A stretch of 64,000 nucleotides of DNA from Stylophora pistillata (Eukaryota): contig NW_019217911.1 in NCBI RefSeq assembly GCF_002571385.2, forward strand, positions 1 to 64,000, given 5' to 3'. Position numbers and translations under genes: made by a program. Under the pieces are notes generated by a model. That model worked only from the letters and a program-made list of their open reading frames with translations, was not told the origin of the DNA and ran no database searches. Below, in pieces: positions 63,030 to 64,000 of this stretch; positions within the stretch are counted from its first letter, which is position 1; the number at the start of each line of letters is the position of its first letter.

Positions 63030-64000
63030 TGACGGAGATGGAGTTTCAGGCGTGCAACAATAAATGCAACAATAAGCAACAATGATGTGTTGTTTGTTGG
63101 TATTTATCGAACCCCATAAGTAACTGGCACTGATTGCTACCGTAAACTGGAAGAGGAATTTAATTCACTATGCATGTGGGCTACGATGGAATGTAACACA
63201 CTCATACTTACGGGAGACCTCAACCTTGACAGATAAAGACCAGAACGCACAGAAGAGAAAATTTTGCTCAGTCTAGAGGAGGTTTATGGTCTGGAGTGTC
63301 TAATTAAGGATCCAACCAGAATTACGCCTACATCTGAAACTCTTCTGGATGTGATCCTTACTAACAAGCCAGAGCTTTTTAAAACAAGTGGAGTACTAAA
63401 TCCAGGAATGAGTGACCACCATCTAGTGTATGGGATTATGAAGCATAGGGTGTCTCAGAATGAAAGAAAAGTAGTCACATTTAGGAGTAATGACTAAAAC
63501 ACTGGATGTTGAAAAACTAAATAAAGATTTATCTTGTGCTCCCTGGAACGTAATAGATACCTTTGATACTCTTGATGAGAAGTATCTTTTTTGGGAGTCC
63601 CTTTTCAACACCATAGCAGAGAAGCACATGTCTACTAAGAGAATGAGGTTTCGTAAAGTCGATGTGCCATACATGACACCTGAATGGAAAAGGGCAATCA
63701 AATGAAAAGGAAATTTGCCAAGAAATATGCTCAAAGCAGAACAGAGGAAAACTGGGAGCTCAAGAGAATATGGAGAAATAAAGCTACCAGCTACAGACGA
63801 AAAGCTATCAAAGAATATTGGAAACAAAAGGCAGGTGACCTTAGAGCTAAGCCAAGAGAGTTCTATAAAACCTTCAGGCCATTTCTTAGCGATAAGAAGC
63901 AGCCTATAAGCGAGATCCACATTAAAGCAAACGGGAGAATTGAGAAGGGCCAAGAAAAAGTAGCAAATGTTCTGGCAAACTACTTTTCTATGATAGCCAA
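63030..64000 (+). mobile_element. Decayed non-LTR retrotransposon (CR1/L2-like ORF2: APE endonuclease C-terminal half and linker), running off the window
   Basis: GIYR.P, LILTGDLNLD, PTRITPTSETLLDVILTN, SDHHLVY, APWNVIDTFD, PYMTPEWKRAI. Frameshift near 63490 and stop at ~63703. Confidence 0.88.

Overview
Eukaryotic, intron-rich, AT-rich genomic DNA with assembly gaps. The gene content and repeat families suggest a cnidarian, most likely a scleractinian coral (inference). The first 25 kb hold one phase-compatible gene model that joins a GT-B/GT4 glycosyltransferase, a TRADD-N-like domain, two duplicated basic linker exons and a complete sacsin (3 Hsp90-like SRR repeats, J domain, HEPN). It is about 5020 codons with no frameshift but two in-frame nonsense codons, and it is the main candidate for an undescribed immune/conflict-type protein. 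Downstream are MED9 (-), two intronless G-protein gamma genes (-), a 12-exon HAAO (+) containing a 41-bp VNTR and a probably artefactual duplicated exon, an orphan secreted cysteine-rich protein (+), a trypsin-like protease with a YDSGGP active site (+) and a decayed LINE. tRNA-derived SINEs, MITEs and hairpin repeats are scattered throughout. All exon coordinates were derived by hand from splice signals and reading frame; no searches were run.
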